The notes under the pieces: generated by a model | Database searches by the model: none | Told to the model about the DNA's origin: nothing | Seen by the model: the letters and a program-made list of their open reading frames with translations, nothing else | Program-made: the position numbers and the translations under genes | In this document: positions 40,407-54,753 of the stretch, one piece after another | Layout: every line of letters starts with the position of its first letter | How positions within the stretch are numbered: the first letter of the stretch is position 1 | Assembly (NCBI GenBank): GCA_963765575.1 | Contig: CAVXWZ010000005.1 | Coordinates: 96,001 to 160,000 of the forward strand | Direction of reading: 5' to 3' | Origin: an uncultured cyanobacterium | GTDB taxonomy: Bacteria; Cyanobacteriota; Cyanobacteriia; PCC-6307; Cyanobiaceae | Length of the DNA: 64,000 nucleotides

Positions 40407-41209
40407 GCTCCGCCACGGCCACCGCCCCAGCTTCAGGGGCCGCCGACCAGCCCGGCACCTACCTGCTGGAGCTGCGCGGCGTGAGTGTCAGCTTTGATGG
40501 CTTTCTGGCCCTCAACGATCTCAACCTCCAGCTCGCCCCCGGTGAGCTGCGCGCCGTGATCGGTCCCAATGGCGCCGGCAAGACCACCTTCCTCGACGTG
40601 ATCACCGGCAAGGTGCGGCCCACCAAGGGCGAGGTGCTGTTCCATGGCCGCTCCCTGGTGGGCATCCCCGAGCACCAGATCGCCCGACTCGGCATCGGCC
40701 GCAAGTTCCAGACACCGCGGGTCTACCAGAACCTCACACCACGTCGCAACCTGGAACTGGCCGTGAGCCGTCGCGCCTCGCCCCTTGATCTGCTGTTGTC
40801 CCGCCTTGATTCCAGTGCCCGCGATCGGGTCCAGCACCTGCTGGGGGTTGTGAGTCTCGAAGCCCAGGCCAACCTGCCCGCCGGTGGCCTCTCCCACGGC
40901 CAGAAGCAGTGGCTGGAGATCGCCATGCTGGTGGCCCAGGATCCCCAGCTGCTGCTGGTGGATGAGCCGGTGGCTGGCCTCACCGATGAGGAGACGGAGC
41001 GCACCGCCGATCTGCTCAAGGAGCTGGCCGGTGACCACACGGTGCTGGTGATCGAGCACGACATGGAGTTCATCCGCGATCTGCAATCGCCGGTCACGGT
41101 GCTGCACGAAGGCCATGTGCTCTGTGAGGGGTTGATGGATGCGGTGCAGGTGGATCCGCGGGTGATTGAGGTGTATCTCGGCACTGAAGCCGATGGGGAG
41201 TTCAACTGA
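40403..41209 (+). CDS. urtD: Urea ABC transporter ATP-binding protein
   Basis: GPNGAGKT, LSHGQKQWLE, DEPVAG. Confidence 0.96.
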   Translation: MSSATATAPASGAADQPGTYLLELRGVSVSFDGFLALNDLNLQLAPGELRAVIGPNGAGKTTFLDVITGKVRPTKGEVLFHGRSLVGIPEHQIARLGIGRKFQTPRVYQNLTPRRNLELAVSRRASPLDLLLSRLDSSARDRVQHLLGVVSLEAQANLPAGGLSHGQKQWLEIAMLVAQDPQLLLVDEPVAGLTDEETERTADLLKELAGDHTVLVIEHDMEFIRDLQSPVTVLHEGHVLCEGLMDAVQVDPRVIEVYLGTEADGEFN

Positions 41210-41211
41210 CG

Positions 41212-41928
41212 ATGGCCATGCCTCCAACTCTTCAGGTGCAGGGACTCAATGTGTTTTACGGCGAGAGCCACATCCTGCGCGATGTGGATCTGAGCGTGCA
41301 GGCAGGTCAGATGGTGTGCCTGATCGGCCGCAACGGGGTGGGCAAGACCACCCTGCTGAAGACGGTGATCGGGCTGCTGCGCCAGCGCAGCGGCGCCGTG
41401 GAGCTGCTGGACCGGGAGGTGTCGGCGCTGCCGCCCCACGCCCGCGCCCGTGGCGGCATCGGCTACGTGCCCCAGGGGCGGGAGATCATCCCCCAGCTCA
41501 CCGTGCGTGAAAACCTGATGCTGGGCATGGAGGCCCTGCCGGGCGGTCTGGCCAAGAACCGCCACATCGATCCGGTGGTGTTCGAGCTGTTTCCGGTGCT
41601 GGAGAAGTTTCTGGCTCGCCGCGGAGGCGACCTCTCCGGAGGGCAGCAGCAGCAGCTGGCCATCGCCCGGGCGCTGCTGGGCAAACCCAAGCTGCTGTTG
41701 CTCGATGAACCCACGGAAGGCATCCAGCCCTCGGTGGTGCTGGACATCGAGCGGGCCGTGCGGCGCATCATCGAAACCACCGGCATCAGCGTGCTGCTGG
41801 TGGAGCAGCACCTGCACTTCGTGCGCCAGGCCGACTGGTATTACGCCATGCAGAAGGGTGGGGTGGTCTCCAGCGGGCCCACCGGCGACCTCAGCAAAGA
41901 TGTGGTGGAGCGTTTCCTGAGCGTCTGA
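41212..41928 (+). CDS. urtE: Urea ABC transporter ATP-binding protein
   Basis: GRNGVGKT, LSGGQQQQ, DEPTEGIQPS. Confidence 0.96.
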   Translation: MAMPPTLQVQGLNVFYGESHILRDVDLSVQAGQMVCLIGRNGVGKTTLLKTVIGLLRQRSGAVELLDREVSALPPHARARGGIGYVPQGREIIPQLTVRENLMLGMEALPGGLAKNRHIDPVVFELFPVLEKFLARRGGDLSGGQQQQLAIARALLGKPKLLLLDEPTEGIQPSVVLDIERAVRRIIETTGISVLLVEQHLHFVRQADWYYAMQKGGVVSSGPTGDLSKDVVERFLSV

Positions 41929-41958
41929 GCATCTGTGTCTGCGCAGGGGTCTTCGGTC

Positions 41959-42873
41959 TCAGGCCTCCAGCAGCCGGCGCCAGAGCGCCTCGGCCACCCC
42001 CGCCATGGCAGCGGCCCCAGAGTGGGCCCCCCAGGACAGGGGGTGCCCCGCCAGGTGGCTGATCGGCCGGCAGCCGAGGCTGTTGATCAGCACCGCCCCG
42101 CTGCTCCCCGCCAGATCCCGTAGCCCAAGCCCCACCTCCCGGGCCAGCCCCAGCTCCAGGGCACGGGCGCGCATCACCCCCGGCAGGCAGCCGCTGGAGA
42201 GCGGCGGCGTGAGCCAGCTGCCGCCCCGACGCACGAGCAGGTTGGCGCTGGTGCCGCAGCACAGGCCGCCGGCGTCACTGGTCAGCAGGGCGTCGTCGGC
42301 CCCGGCCGCCTGCGCCTGGCGGTGGGCCTGGATGGCGCCGCCGTAGGCGAAGGTCTTGCAGCGGCTGAGCAGGCTGGTGGGGCTGCGGGTCTCGCTGGGG
42401 CTGACGATCACCCCCAGCGGCTCGAAGCAGGGGCTGCTGGGGCTGAGCTGCAACCAGAAGCGGTGCCGACAGTGGCCGGGGGGTGCGATCCCTGCGGTTG
42501 CGACTGGGGCGCTGGTGGTGGCGGCGGCCGGGGTGCCCCGGCTCCAGTTGAGGCGCAGGCGGCCGCTGTGGATGGCGCTGCGGGCGATGGCCCCACGCGC
42601 CAGCGCTGCCGCCTGACCCGCTGGCGGCGGCTCCAGGCCCAGCAGGGCGGCGCCGCCCTGCCAGCGGGCCAGATGCTGCGCCAGCAGCCGCGGGCGACCC
42701 TCCAGCACCAGCACGGTTTCGAACAGCCCGTCGGCGAGCAGCAGACCCCGGTCACTGAGGGGCACGGCCAGGGTGTCGGGGTGACCCCAGCGGCCGGCGG
42801 GGGCGGGGGTGTCGATCCAGGCGATCGCGCTCGGGGTGCCCTGTGGCGCGGCCGGGTCTGCCTGCGTCGTCAT
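41959..42873 (-). CDS. pabC: Aminotransferase class IV / aminodeoxychorismate lyase
   Basis: DRGLLLADGLFET, CLPGVMR; downstream of pabB. Confidence 0.8.
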   Translation of the reverse strand: MTTQADPAAPQGTPSAIAWIDTPAPAGRWGHPDTLAVPLSDRGLLLADGLFETVLVLEGRPRLLAQHLARWQGGAALLGLEPPPAGQAAALARGAIARSAIHSGRLRLNWSRGTPAAATTSAPVATAGIAPPGHCRHRFWLQLSPSSPCFEPLGVIVSPSETRSPTSLLSRCKTFAYGGAIQAHRQAQAAGADDALLTSDAGGLCCGTSANLLVRRGGSWLTPPLSSGCLPGVMRARALELGLAREVGLGLRDLAGSSGAVLINSLGCRPISHLAGHPLSWGAHSGAAAMAGVAEALWRRLLEA

Positions 42874-42886
42874 GGTGAAGCGGCCC

Positions 42887-44218
42887 TCATGGCGCCTCCC
42901 CGGCCAGCGCCGCCAGCAGGGGCTCCAGCTTCCAGCCCATCTCGTTCGCCTCCGACTCGGGATCGGAATCGGCCACCACGCCGCAGCCGGCATGGGCGCG
43001 CAGGCGCCGTCCCTGCACGAACAGGGAGCGGATGAGGATGCTGCTGTCCAGGCCGCCGCTGCCATCGAGCCGGAACAGGGAGCCGCAGTAGGGGCCGCGG
43101 GGTACCGGTTCGAGCTCGGCGAGGCGCTGGCAGGCGCGGACCTTGGGGGCGCCGGTGATTGACCCCCCAGGCCAGCAGGCCCGCAGCAGGTCCGCCGCCC
43201 CCAGGCCCGGCCGCAGCCGGCCCCGCACCACCGAGGTGAGGTGGTGCACCTGGCGGTAGCTCTCCAGCCCCACCAGCTGGGGCACCTGGATTGAGCCAGG
43301 CCGGCACACCCGTCCCAGGTCATTGCGCAGCAGGTCCACGACCATCACGTTCTCGGCCCGGTCCTTGGGGCTGGTGACCAGCTCGGCGGCCGCATCGGCA
43401 TCGGCGGCCCCATCGTCGTGGCGGGGGCGGGTGCCCTTGATCGGGCGGGACTCCACCTCGCCCTCGGCGTTGAGCTGCAGGAAGCGCTCCGGTGAGGTTG
43501 AGAGCACCGCCTCGCCGGGCGCCGCCGCCCCGCCGATCGCCAGCCCGGCGAAGGGGGCCGGGCAGTGGCGCCGCAGCCGGCCATAGAGCGCCAGCAGCTC
43601 GGCGGCCGTGGGCGACTCGTCCAGCTCCTGATCACAGCAGGCGCTGAGGTTGGCCTGGAACAGATCGCCGCTGGCGATGCGCTCCCGCACCACCTGGACC
43701 TGGGCGGCGAAGGCGCGGCGGTCGGTGTGCCAGTGCCAGCCGGCAGCGGGCAGCACCGGGGCGGCCTGGGGCTGTGCCGCGGCGTGCTCCAGCCGAGCCG
43801 CCAGGGCCTGCAGCCGTTGCCGGTCGTGGCCCTCCAGCCACAACTGCTGCCGGTGGTGATCGGCGATCAGCAGCGGATCGGCCTGGACCGCCCAGAGCAG
43901 GGCCATCTCCGGCTGCTTCCAGTGCTCTGCTGGCTCCAGCCAGGCGCCCGCCTCGTAGGCCAGCCAGCCCAGCCAGGGCCGTCCGCTGGCCGCCAGTTCG
44001 GCGAGCACCGCGAAGGGGTCCTCGGCCCCGGGCTGGCCCGGCAGGCCGCGGCAGACGCGCTCGGCCAGGGGGTCGAGGGCCAGCACGCTGAACCGTCCCA
44101 GGGCCGAGCCATCCCCGTCCAACCACACCAGTCCCGGCCGCTGCAGATCGCCCAGCAGCCGCGGCAGCAGGTCCTGGGGCTCACACCAGGCCAGCGGCCA
44201 GCGCAGGGCCGCGGTCAT
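42887..44218 (-). CDS. pabB: Aminodeoxychorismate synthase component I
   Basis: [39 protein letters not shown]. Confidence 0.88.
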   Translation of the reverse strand: MTAALRWPLAWCEPQDLLPRLLGDLQRPGLVWLDGDGSALGRFSVLALDPLAERVCRGLPGQPGAEDPFAVLAELAASGRPWLGWLAYEAGAWLEPAEHWKQPEMALLWAVQADPLLIADHHRQQLWLEGHDRQRLQALAARLEHAAAQPQAAPVLPAAGWHWHTDRRAFAAQVQVVRERIASGDLFQANLSACCDQELDESPTAAELLALYGRLRRHCPAPFAGLAIGGAAAPGEAVLSTSPERFLQLNAEGEVESRPIKGTRPRHDDGAADADAAAELVTSPKDRAENVMVVDLLRNDLGRVCRPGSIQVPQLVGLESYRQVHHLTSVVRGRLRPGLGAADLLRACWPGGSITGAPKVRACQRLAELEPVPRGPYCGSLFRLDGSGGLDSSILIRSLFVQGRRLRAHAGCGVVADSDPESEANEMGWKLEPLLAALAGEAP

Positions 44219-44916
44219 GGTGCTGGAGGCGGGGCCGCCCCACTGGCCAGATCGGCGCGGCCGGCTTCGATCAGGGCGGCATCGCGGATGCGGCAGCTGT
44301 CGCACACCCCGCAGGGCCGCTCGCCGCCGCTGTAGCAGCTCCAGGTGTGCTCGAGCGGTACCCCCAGCCGCAGGGCCTCCAGCACGATGCGCGTCTTGTT
44401 CCAGTGCACCAGCGGCGCCCACAGCCGCGCGCCCTGGCCATCCCGTCCTGCGCGGCTGGCCAGATCCGCCAGGGTCTGAAAGGCGTCCAGGTAGTCGGGT
44501 CGGCAGTCGGGGTAGCCGGAGTAGTCCACGGCGTTCACCCCCAGCACCAGCCGCTTAGCGCCGCGGGCCTCGGCCAGGCTCAGGCCCAGGGCGATGAACA
44601 CCGTGTTGCGGCCGGGCACGTAGGTGCTGGGAATCACCCCCTCCACCACGCCGTCGCTGGGGATGGCCTGGCCCGGATCGGTGAGGGCCGAGCCGCCCCA
44701 GGCCGCGAGGTTGACGGCGATGGTGTGGTGCTCGGCCAGCCCCAGCGCCGTGGCCAGGGTGGCGGCGGCGGTGAGTTCGCGGCGGTGGCGCTGGCCATAG
44801 TCGAACGACAGGCCGATCACCCGGTAGCCGGCCTCGATCGCCAGGGCGGTGGCGGTGGCGGAATCGAGGCCGCCCGAGAGCAGGGCGATGGCGGTGGCAG
44901 GGGTGGCCTGGCTCAT
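44215..44916 (-). CDS. queC: 7-cyano-7-deazaguanine synthase
   Basis: SGGLDS, YVPGRN, YPDCR, CGVCDSC. Confidence 0.97.
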   Translation of the reverse strand: MSQATPATAIALLSGGLDSATATALAIEAGYRVIGLSFDYGQRHRRELTAAATLATALGLAEHHTIAVNLAAWGGSALTDPGQAIPSDGVVEGVIPSTYVPGRNTVFIALGLSLAEARGAKRLVLGVNAVDYSGYPDCRPDYLDAFQTLADLASRAGRDGQGARLWAPLVHWNKTRIVLEALRLGVPLEHTWSCYSGGERPCGVCDSCRIRDAALIEAGRADLASGAAPPPAP

Positions 44917-44921
44917 CGACC

Positions 44922-45548
44922 TCAGGGCAGCCCCAGCAACTTGTGGCTCTGCAGGCTCAGGCGCCACTGCGGGTGGCGGCGCACATGGGCGATCGCCAGC
45001 TCCTGGCCGCTGCCGCTCTGCCACCCCGGCTGGAGCAGCAGGGCGGGGTGGTTGCCGGCGGCGGCGGCGGCGGCGGCCATGGCCTCGGCGAAGGCCAGAT
45101 CGCTGGGCTCGTGCACCACCGGTTTGAGTTCCTGGCAGGCGGCCAGCAGCGCGGGCCGCGGCGGCCGGTGGCGTTTGGGGGAGAGCGTGATCCAGTCGAA
45201 GCGGCCGCTGAGCGGATCCACGCCGCTGGTCTCCAGATGCAGCGGCAGGCCGGCCGCGTCCAGGGCCCGGCAGAGGGCGCTGAGGTCGTGGTGCAGCGGT
45301 TCACCGCCGGTGACCACCACGAAGGCGGCGCCGGCGGCGGCGGCGACCCGGGCCTGGCGGGCAATGTCGTGCAGCTGGCGCTGCGGGTGGGGCTCCAGTG
45401 GCCAGGAGTGCTTGGTGTCGCACCAGGGGCAGCCCACCGCACAGCCAGCCAGCCGCAGGAAGAAGGCGCTGCGCCCCGCGTGCATCCCCTCTCCCTGCAG
45501 CGAGTGGAAGGTTTCCACCACGGGGATGGTGGCGGCGGCTGCCGGCAT
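44922..45548 (-). CDS. queE: 7-carboxy-7-deazaguanine synthase
   Basis: [29 protein letters not shown]. Confidence 0.95.
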   Translation of the reverse strand: MPAAAATIPVVETFHSLQGEGMHAGRSAFFLRLAGCAVGCPWCDTKHSWPLEPHPQRQLHDIARQARVAAAAGAAFVVVTGGEPLHHDLSALCRALDAAGLPLHLETSGVDPLSGRFDWITLSPKRHRPPRPALLAACQELKPVVHEPSDLAFAEAMAAAAAAAGNHPALLLQPGWQSGSGQELAIAHVRRHPQWRLSLQSHKLLGLP

Positions 45549-45646
45549 GGATCGGGCTGCACCGGAGCTTGCAACCAAATCTAGGGAGCGGCCGGCGGCG
45601 GTTGTTTGGCCGATGAAACAGGGCAGGATGGGACCACGCAAGGCCT

Positions 45647-46363
45647 GTGATGCTCACCCCGGACCCGGCCCGCCTGGCTCGCTATGGCCTGTTGCGCAGC
45701 TATCTGCGCCAGACCCTGCTCGAGGAGCATCTGGCCTCCGTGGAGCTGGATGACGAGGAGATCGAGGCGGCCAGGGCCCAGTACATGGAGGAGCGAGAGA
45801 TCACCGATGGCCAGGAGCTGCAGGCCTACGCCCGCAGCGAGGGTCTGGCAGCGGACGATCTGGACTACCGCATCACCTACCCGGTGCGGGTGTGGAAGTA
45901 CTGCCAGCAGCACTTCGCCCCCAAGGCCGAATCGCGCTTCCTGGCCCGCAAGCAAAGCCTTGACCAGGTGGTCTATAGCCTGCTGCGCACCAGGGATCCG
46001 GGTCTGGCTCGGGAGCTGTTTCTGCAGGTGAGCGAGGGCGAGGCCGACTTCGGCGATCTGGCCGTCCGCTACGCCGAGGGCCCGGAGCGGGCCACGCGGG
46101 GCATCGTCGGCCCGGTGCCCCTGGACCAGGGCCATCCCGAGCTGGTGGGGCGCCTGCGGGCGGTGGAGCCGGGGGTGGTGCTGGAGCCGTTTGCGATCGA
46201 ATCCTGGTGGCTGCTGGTGCGCCTGGAGAACCTCGTGCCCGCCAGCTTCGGGCCTGATGCCGCTGATGTCATGACCCAGGAGCTGCTCAACGAGTGGCTG
46301 GAGGACGAGGTGGACCGCCGCCTGCAGGACCTGGCCCCCGGCCTGGTTCCGCTGCAGGCCTGA
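45647..46363 (+). CDS. PpiC/parvulin-type peptidylprolyl isomerase associated with T1SS
   Basis: LDQVVYSLLR, FGDLAVRYAEG, GIVGPV; first gene of T1SS cassette. Confidence 0.85.
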   Translation: MMLTPDPARLARYGLLRSYLRQTLLEEHLASVELDDEEIEAARAQYMEEREITDGQELQAYARSEGLAADDLDYRITYPVRVWKYCQQHFAPKAESRFLARKQSLDQVVYSLLRTRDPGLARELFLQVSEGEADFGDLAVRYAEGPERATRGIVGPVPLDQGHPELVGRLRAVEPGVVLEPFAIESWWLLVRLENLVPASFGPDAADVMTQELLNEWLEDEVDRRLQDLAPGLVPLQA

Positions 46364-46380
46364 GTTCGCCAGCGCCGCCC

Positions 46381-49310
46381 ATGCCCGCCCTCGATCCCGC
46401 CACGGTTCTGCCCACCCTTGAGGGGCTCAGCGCGGGCCTGTGCGAGCGCCTGCTGGCCAGCGGCGAGCGGCGCCTTTACGCCCTCGGCCAGGCGCTCTGC
46501 CATGACGATCTGATTCCCTCAGACATCCTGCTGCTGCTCAGCGGCTCGGCCCGCCTGCTGGTGCGCGACGCCGGCGCCCTGCGCACCGCCGAGAAGCTGG
46601 GGCCGGGGGCCTGGGTGGGGCTGGCCTCGCTGCTGCGGGCCGCCCCCTGTGAGGAGGTGGCGGCGGCGGCTGAGCTTGAGGTGCTGGCGATCAGCGACGC
46701 CCGGGTGCTGGCCCTGCTCCAGGAAGAGCCGGAGTTTGCGGCCTGGTGCGCCGCCCGGCTGTTCGGCGCCGAGCTGCTGGCCCTGCTGGCGCTGCTGCTG
46801 GAGCGGCGGGCCCAGGCCGATGTGTCGCTGCTGAGCCTCTGGCGAGAGCTGGCACCGGCGGCCCGTTTGGTGCAGCCCACCCCCGAGGGCCTGGGCAGCC
46901 TCGCGCCCGAGGAGCGGCTGTTCGCCGCCAGCCACAACCTGGCGGAACACCCCCTGGCCAGTGAGCTGGATCGCCACCTGGCCGTGCCCAGGTCCAGGCC
47001 GCCGCTGCCGCCCCGGATGATCGCCCTGCCCGCCGGGCCGCTGCAGGCGGTGCTGACGCCGCTGATACCGCCGCAGGGCCAGCCCCAGGCCGCCGCTGGA
47101 TCCCAGCTGGTGCCCGCTGCCGCAGCGCCGCTGGCCAGCGGCCTGGACCTGGGCCAGCGCGACCGCCCCGAGCTGGTGCTGGTGAGCGGCAACGGGCCGC
47201 TGGAGGAAACCCTGGCCTGCTTCCAGATGCTGGCGGCCCAGCTGAAGCTGCCCTTCCGCCGCGACGCCATCGAGAAGATCCTGCGCGACGTGGTGCGCCG
47301 CGGCCAGACCCCGGACCTGCAGCTGTGCGGCAACATCGCCGCCATGATGGGCCTGCACGTGAGTGGCGTGCGCGTGCCGCCCCAGCTGGGCACGCGGCTG
47401 CAGGTGCCGGCCCTGGTGAACTGGAAGGGGGGCTTTGCCCTGGTGCGCGCCGCCGACGCCCGCGGCCTGGTGCTGGCCTCGCCGGTGGAGGGTTGGGTGG
47501 AACTCTCGCCGGAGGGGATCGAGGCAGCCTTCCCAGATGGCATCGACGTGTTGCTGCTGGAGCGCAGCAACACCACGCCTGAGCAGCGCTTCGGCTTCGG
47601 CTGGTTCTGGCCAGCGCTGCAGCGCTACCGCGGCATTCTGCTGCAGGTGCTGCTGGCATCGTTCGTGGTGCAGCTGTTCAGCCTGGCCAACCCACTGCTG
47701 ATCCAGGTGATCATCGACAAGGTGATCAGCCAGCGCAGCCTCGACACCCTGCAGGTGCTGGGCATCGCCCTGGTGGTGGTGACATTGATGGAGGGGGTGA
47801 TCAGCGCCCTGCGCACCTTCCTGTTCACCGAAACCACCAACCGCATCGACCTGCGCCTCGGCGCCGAGGTGATCGATCACCTGCTGCGACTGCCGCTCAG
47901 CTACTTCGACCGCCGACCGGTGGGGGAGCTGGGCACCCGCGTGGCGGAGCTGGAGAACATCCGTGAATTTCTCACTGGCCAGGCCCTCACGACCCTGCTG
48001 GACACCGCCTTCTCGGTGATCTACATCGCCGTGATGCTGATCTACAGCTGGCTGCTCACGATCATCGCCCTGTGTGTGCTGCCGATCCAGGTGGGGCTCA
48101 CGGTGCTGGGGGCGCCCCTGTTCCGGCGCCAGTACCGCGCCTCCGCCCAGGAGAACGCCCGCACCCAGAGTCACCTGGTGGAGGTGCTCACCGGCATCCA
48201 GACGGTGAAGGCCCAGAACGTGGAGATGATCAGCCGCTGGAAGTGGCAGGACCTCTACACCCGCTACATCGCCCGCAGCTTCGAGAAGACGATCACCGGC
48301 ACGGCGCTGGTGGAAACCTCCCAGGTGCTGCAGAAGCTCTCCCAGCTGCTGGTGCTGTGGGTGGGGGCCTCCCTGGTGCTCAACGCCGAGATGACCCTGG
48401 GCCAGCTGATCGCCTTCCGGATCATCTCGGGCTATGTCACCCAGCCGCTGCTGCGGCTGTCATCGATCTGGCAGAACATCCAGGAGCTGAAGGTGTCCTT
48501 CGAGCGCCTGGCGGATGTGGTCGACACACCGGAGGAGAGCAACGAAGCCGACCGCCAGAAGATCCCCCTGCCACCGATCGTCGGAGAGGTGGTGTTCCAG
48601 AACGTCACCTTCGCCTTTCCCGACACCAGCACCCAGGTGCTGCAGCACATCGACCTGCGCATTCCGGCCGGCACCTTCGTGGGGGTGGTGGGTCAGAGCG
48701 GCAGTGGCAAGAGCACGCTGATGAAGCTGCTCTCGCGCCTCTATGCCCCCAACGAGGGCCGGATCCTGATCGACGGCTGCGACATCGACAAGGTGGAGCT
48801 CTACTCCCTGCGCCGCCAGATCGGCATCGTGCCCCAGGAGCCGCTGCTGTTCAGCGGCAGCGTGGCCGAGAACATCGCCCTCACCGATCCCGATGCCGGC
48901 AGTGAGGCGATCATCCACGCCGCCCGCCTGGCCTGCGCCCACGACTTCATCATGGAGTTGCCGGGTGGTTACAGCGCCCCGGTGGGGGAGCGCGGGGCCG
49001 GACTCTCGGGCGGGCAGCGCCAGCGCCTCGCCCTGGCGCGCACCCTGCTCAGCCAGCCCCGGCTGCTGGTGCTGGATGAGGCCACCAGCGCCCTCGATTA
49101 CGACACCGAACGGCGCGTCTGCAACAACCTGCTCGACAACCTCAGCGACTGCACGGTGTTCTTCATCACCCACCGGCTGTCGACGATCCGCCGCGCCGAT
49201 CTGATCGTGATGCTGCACGAGGGCGCCATCGCCGAGGTAGGCCGCCACGATGAGCTGATCGAGCGGCGCGGTCGCTACTACGCCCTGTACCGCCAGCAGG
49301 AGGCCGGCTG

Positions 49311-49311
<1 letters not shown>
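46381..49311 (+). CDS. Type I secretion ABC transporter (cNMP-like + C39-like + TMD + ATPase; HlyB family)
   Basis: GQSGSGKS, LSGGQRQR, DEATSALD; LIQVIIDKV TMD start. Confidence 0.93.
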
Positions 49312-52134
<2,823 letters not shown>

Positions 52135-52264
52135 TCAATTTACTGAGCACTTTCAAGGCCTGCCCACCGGCCCTGGGGGATGCGTTGGGGGACCCCTGTG
52201 GGTTTCAGACCCGTCTTCCTGATGGGTCCGTCGCTGCTCCTGCTGAGAGGCCGGTGTCGCCCGC

Positions 52265-52753
52265 TCAATCCTCCAGCAGGCTGCGCAACATCCAGGCCGT
52301 TTTTTCGTGGATCTGCAGCCGCTGGGTGAGCAGGTCGGCGGTGGGCTGGTCGTTGGCCTGCTCGGCCACGGCGAACACGCTGCGGATGGTGCGGGACACG
52401 GCCTCATGGCCTTCCACCAGCTCGCGCACCATCTCCAGGGCGGTGGGAATGCCGCTGCTTTCGGGCACCGACGACAGGCCGCTGTAGGTGCTGCCACCGA
52501 AGGGGGCGGGGCAGCCGAGGGCGCGGATGCGCTCGGCGATCTCGTCGAGGGCGTTCCAGAGCTCGGTGTACTGCTCCATGAACATCAGGTGCAGGGTGTT
52601 GAACATCGGCCCGGTGACGTTCCAGTGGAAGCCGTGGGTTTTGGCGTAGAGCACGGTGCTGTCGGCGAGCACGCGGCCGAGGCCTGAGGCGATCTGCAGG
52701 CGCTGGTCTTCGGGGATGCCGATGTCGATCGGGGGGGCGGTGACGGGGGCCAT
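52265..52753 (-). CDS. dps: Dps family DNA protection protein
   Basis: HWNVTGPMFNTLHLMF, DEIAERIRALG, EKTAWML. Confidence 0.95.
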   Translation of the reverse strand: MAPVTAPPIDIGIPEDQRLQIASGLGRVLADSTVLYAKTHGFHWNVTGPMFNTLHLMFMEQYTELWNALDEIAERIRALGCPAPFGGSTYSGLSSVPESSGIPTALEMVRELVEGHEAVSRTIRSVFAVAEQANDQPTADLLTQRLQIHEKTAWMLRSLLED

Positions 52754-52819
52754 AGCTGGCTAACTCGTAGTGATTCCGTTTTAGCGCGTCAGGGGGGAAT
52801 CGGTAAAGCTCCCTCCCGC

Positions 52820-54647
52820 TCAGGCCTCCTCCTCCTCCACCCAGGTGCTGGCCACGTGCAGCTCCTGCAGCTGCTGGTCGGCCACCCCGGCGGGGGCCTG
52901 GGTCATCAGGCAGCGGGCCTGCTGGGTTTTCGGGAAGGCGATGGTGTCGCGGATCGACTCCTCCCCCGCCAGCAGCATCACGATGCGGTCGATGCCGTAG
53001 GCCAGGCCTCCGTGGGGCGGGGCGCCCAGGTCGAGGGCCTCCATCAGGAAGCCGAACTGGCGCTCGGCCTCCTCCAGGGGCAGGCCGATCGTCTGCAGCA
53101 CCTGGCGCTGCAGGGCCGAATCGTGGATGCGCAGGGAGCCGCCGCCCAGCTCCAGGCCATTGAGCACCAGGTCGTAGGCCTGGGCGCGGGCGCCGGGCAG
53201 GGTGGTGGCCCAGGCGGCGGGGTCGTCGCCGAGGTCGGCGCTGTTGGGGGCGCAGAAGGGGTGGTGCAGGGCTTCGAGGCGGTTTTCGCCGGCGTTGAAC
53301 TCGAACATCGGGAAATCCACCACCCAGAGGAAGTTCCAGCTGCTGTTCTCCCGCTCGGGCTGCACCAGCTCCAGCTCGCGGGCCAGGAACTGGCGCACCC
53401 GATCGAGGGCCTTGTTCACCGTGGCGGTGTCGCCGGCGCCGAACAGGATGAGGCTGCCGGGTTCCGCACCGGTGCGCTGCAGCAGCTCGGCCTTCTTGTC
53501 CTCGCTGAGGTTGTCCTTGATGGCGCCGATGGAGTCGATCTCGCCGCCGTCGCGCACGCGGATGAAGGCCAGGCCGCCGGCGCCGGCCTTCTGGGCTTCG
53601 CTGAACACATCGCCGCCCGGCTTGATGCGCACGTTGCTGATGGCGTCATTGCCGCCGGGCACGGCGATGCACTTCACGGCGCCGCCGGCGGCCACGGCGC
53701 CGGAGAACACCTTGAAGCCCATGTCGGCCACCAGATCGCTCACGTTGGTGAGCTCCATGCCGTAGCGGGTGTCGGGCCGGTCGGTGCCGTAGCGCTCCAT
53801 GGCCTCGTGCCAGCTGAGGCGCGGGAAGGGCCGGGGCAGCTCCACGCCCTTCACGGCCTGCCAGATGGCTGGCGATCAGGGCTTCGTTGAGCTCGAGGAT
53901 CTCCTCCTGGCCCATGAAGCTCATCTCGATGTCCAGCTGGGTGAACTCCGGCTGGCGGTCGGCGCGCAGGTCTTCGTCGCGGAAGCAGCGGGCCACCTGG
54001 TAGTAGCGCTCGAGGCCGCCCACCATCAGCAGCTGCTTGAACAGCTGGGGCGACTGGGGCAGGGCGAACCACTCGCCGCCGCAGACGCGGCTGGGCACCA
54101 GGTAGTCGCGGGCGCCCTCGGGGGTGGAGCGGGTGAGCACCGGCGTTTCCACCTCGATGAAGTCCTGCTCTTCGAGGAAGCGGCGGGCGGCCTGGATCGT
54201 GCGGGCGCGCAGGCGCAGGTTGCCGTTCATGCGCTCGCGGCGCAGATCCAGATAGCGGTGGCGCAGGCGCAGCTCCTCGCGGGTGTTCTCCTCGTCGTGC
54301 ACCGACACGGGGAAGGGCAGGTTGGCCTTGACGCTGTTGAGCACGGTGATGGCGCCTGCCAGCACCTCCACCGCGCCGGTGGCCAGCTTGGTGTTGACCG
54401 ATTCGGGCGGCCGCTGCCGCACCCGGCCGCTCACCTGGATCACGGTTTCGTTGCGCAGGTGCTCGGCCGCGGCGAAGGCCTCAGCCCCCTGGTCGGGGTC
54501 CACGGTGATCTGCACCGTGCCGCTGCGGTCGCGCAGGTCGATGAAGATCACACCGCCGTGGTCGCGGCGCCGGTCCACCCAGCCGCAGAGCTGCACCTCC
54601 TGGCCGCTGACGTTCTGGAGCAGGTCGCCGCACCCGTGGCTGCGCAT
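52820..54647 (-). CDS. aspS: Aspartate-tRNA ligase, split by +1 frameshift near 53870
   Basis: [27 protein letters not shown] in one frame; GTDRPD, PPHGG, FPKT in the next. Confidence 0.95.
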
Positions 54648-54695
54648 GCCGAAGATCCCTGAGCAATCGGCGATTTTCCCATCCGGTCGCCCGGA

Positions 54696-54753
54696 GCGCG
54701 TCAGGCGCGGCTGTTCTGCGCGTCAGGCGCGGCTGTTCTGCGCGTCAGGCGCG
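54696..54753. repeat. 22-bp tandem duplication (2.6 copies) spanning gcvT stop codon
   Basis: gcgcgtcaggcgcggctgttct x2 plus gcgcgtcaggcgcg. Confidence 0.85.

Noticed and set aside
44215..45548. queC/queE as part of a 7-deazaguanine DNA-modification (dpd) defence island
   Set aside because: No dpdA/TGT-like or other dpd genes nearby; the context is housekeeping queuosine/folate genes.
52820..54647. aspS as a true pseudogene or programmed frameshift
   Set aside because: Essential gene, both halves intact, no slippery sequence, and the same single-base pattern occurs in two other genes.
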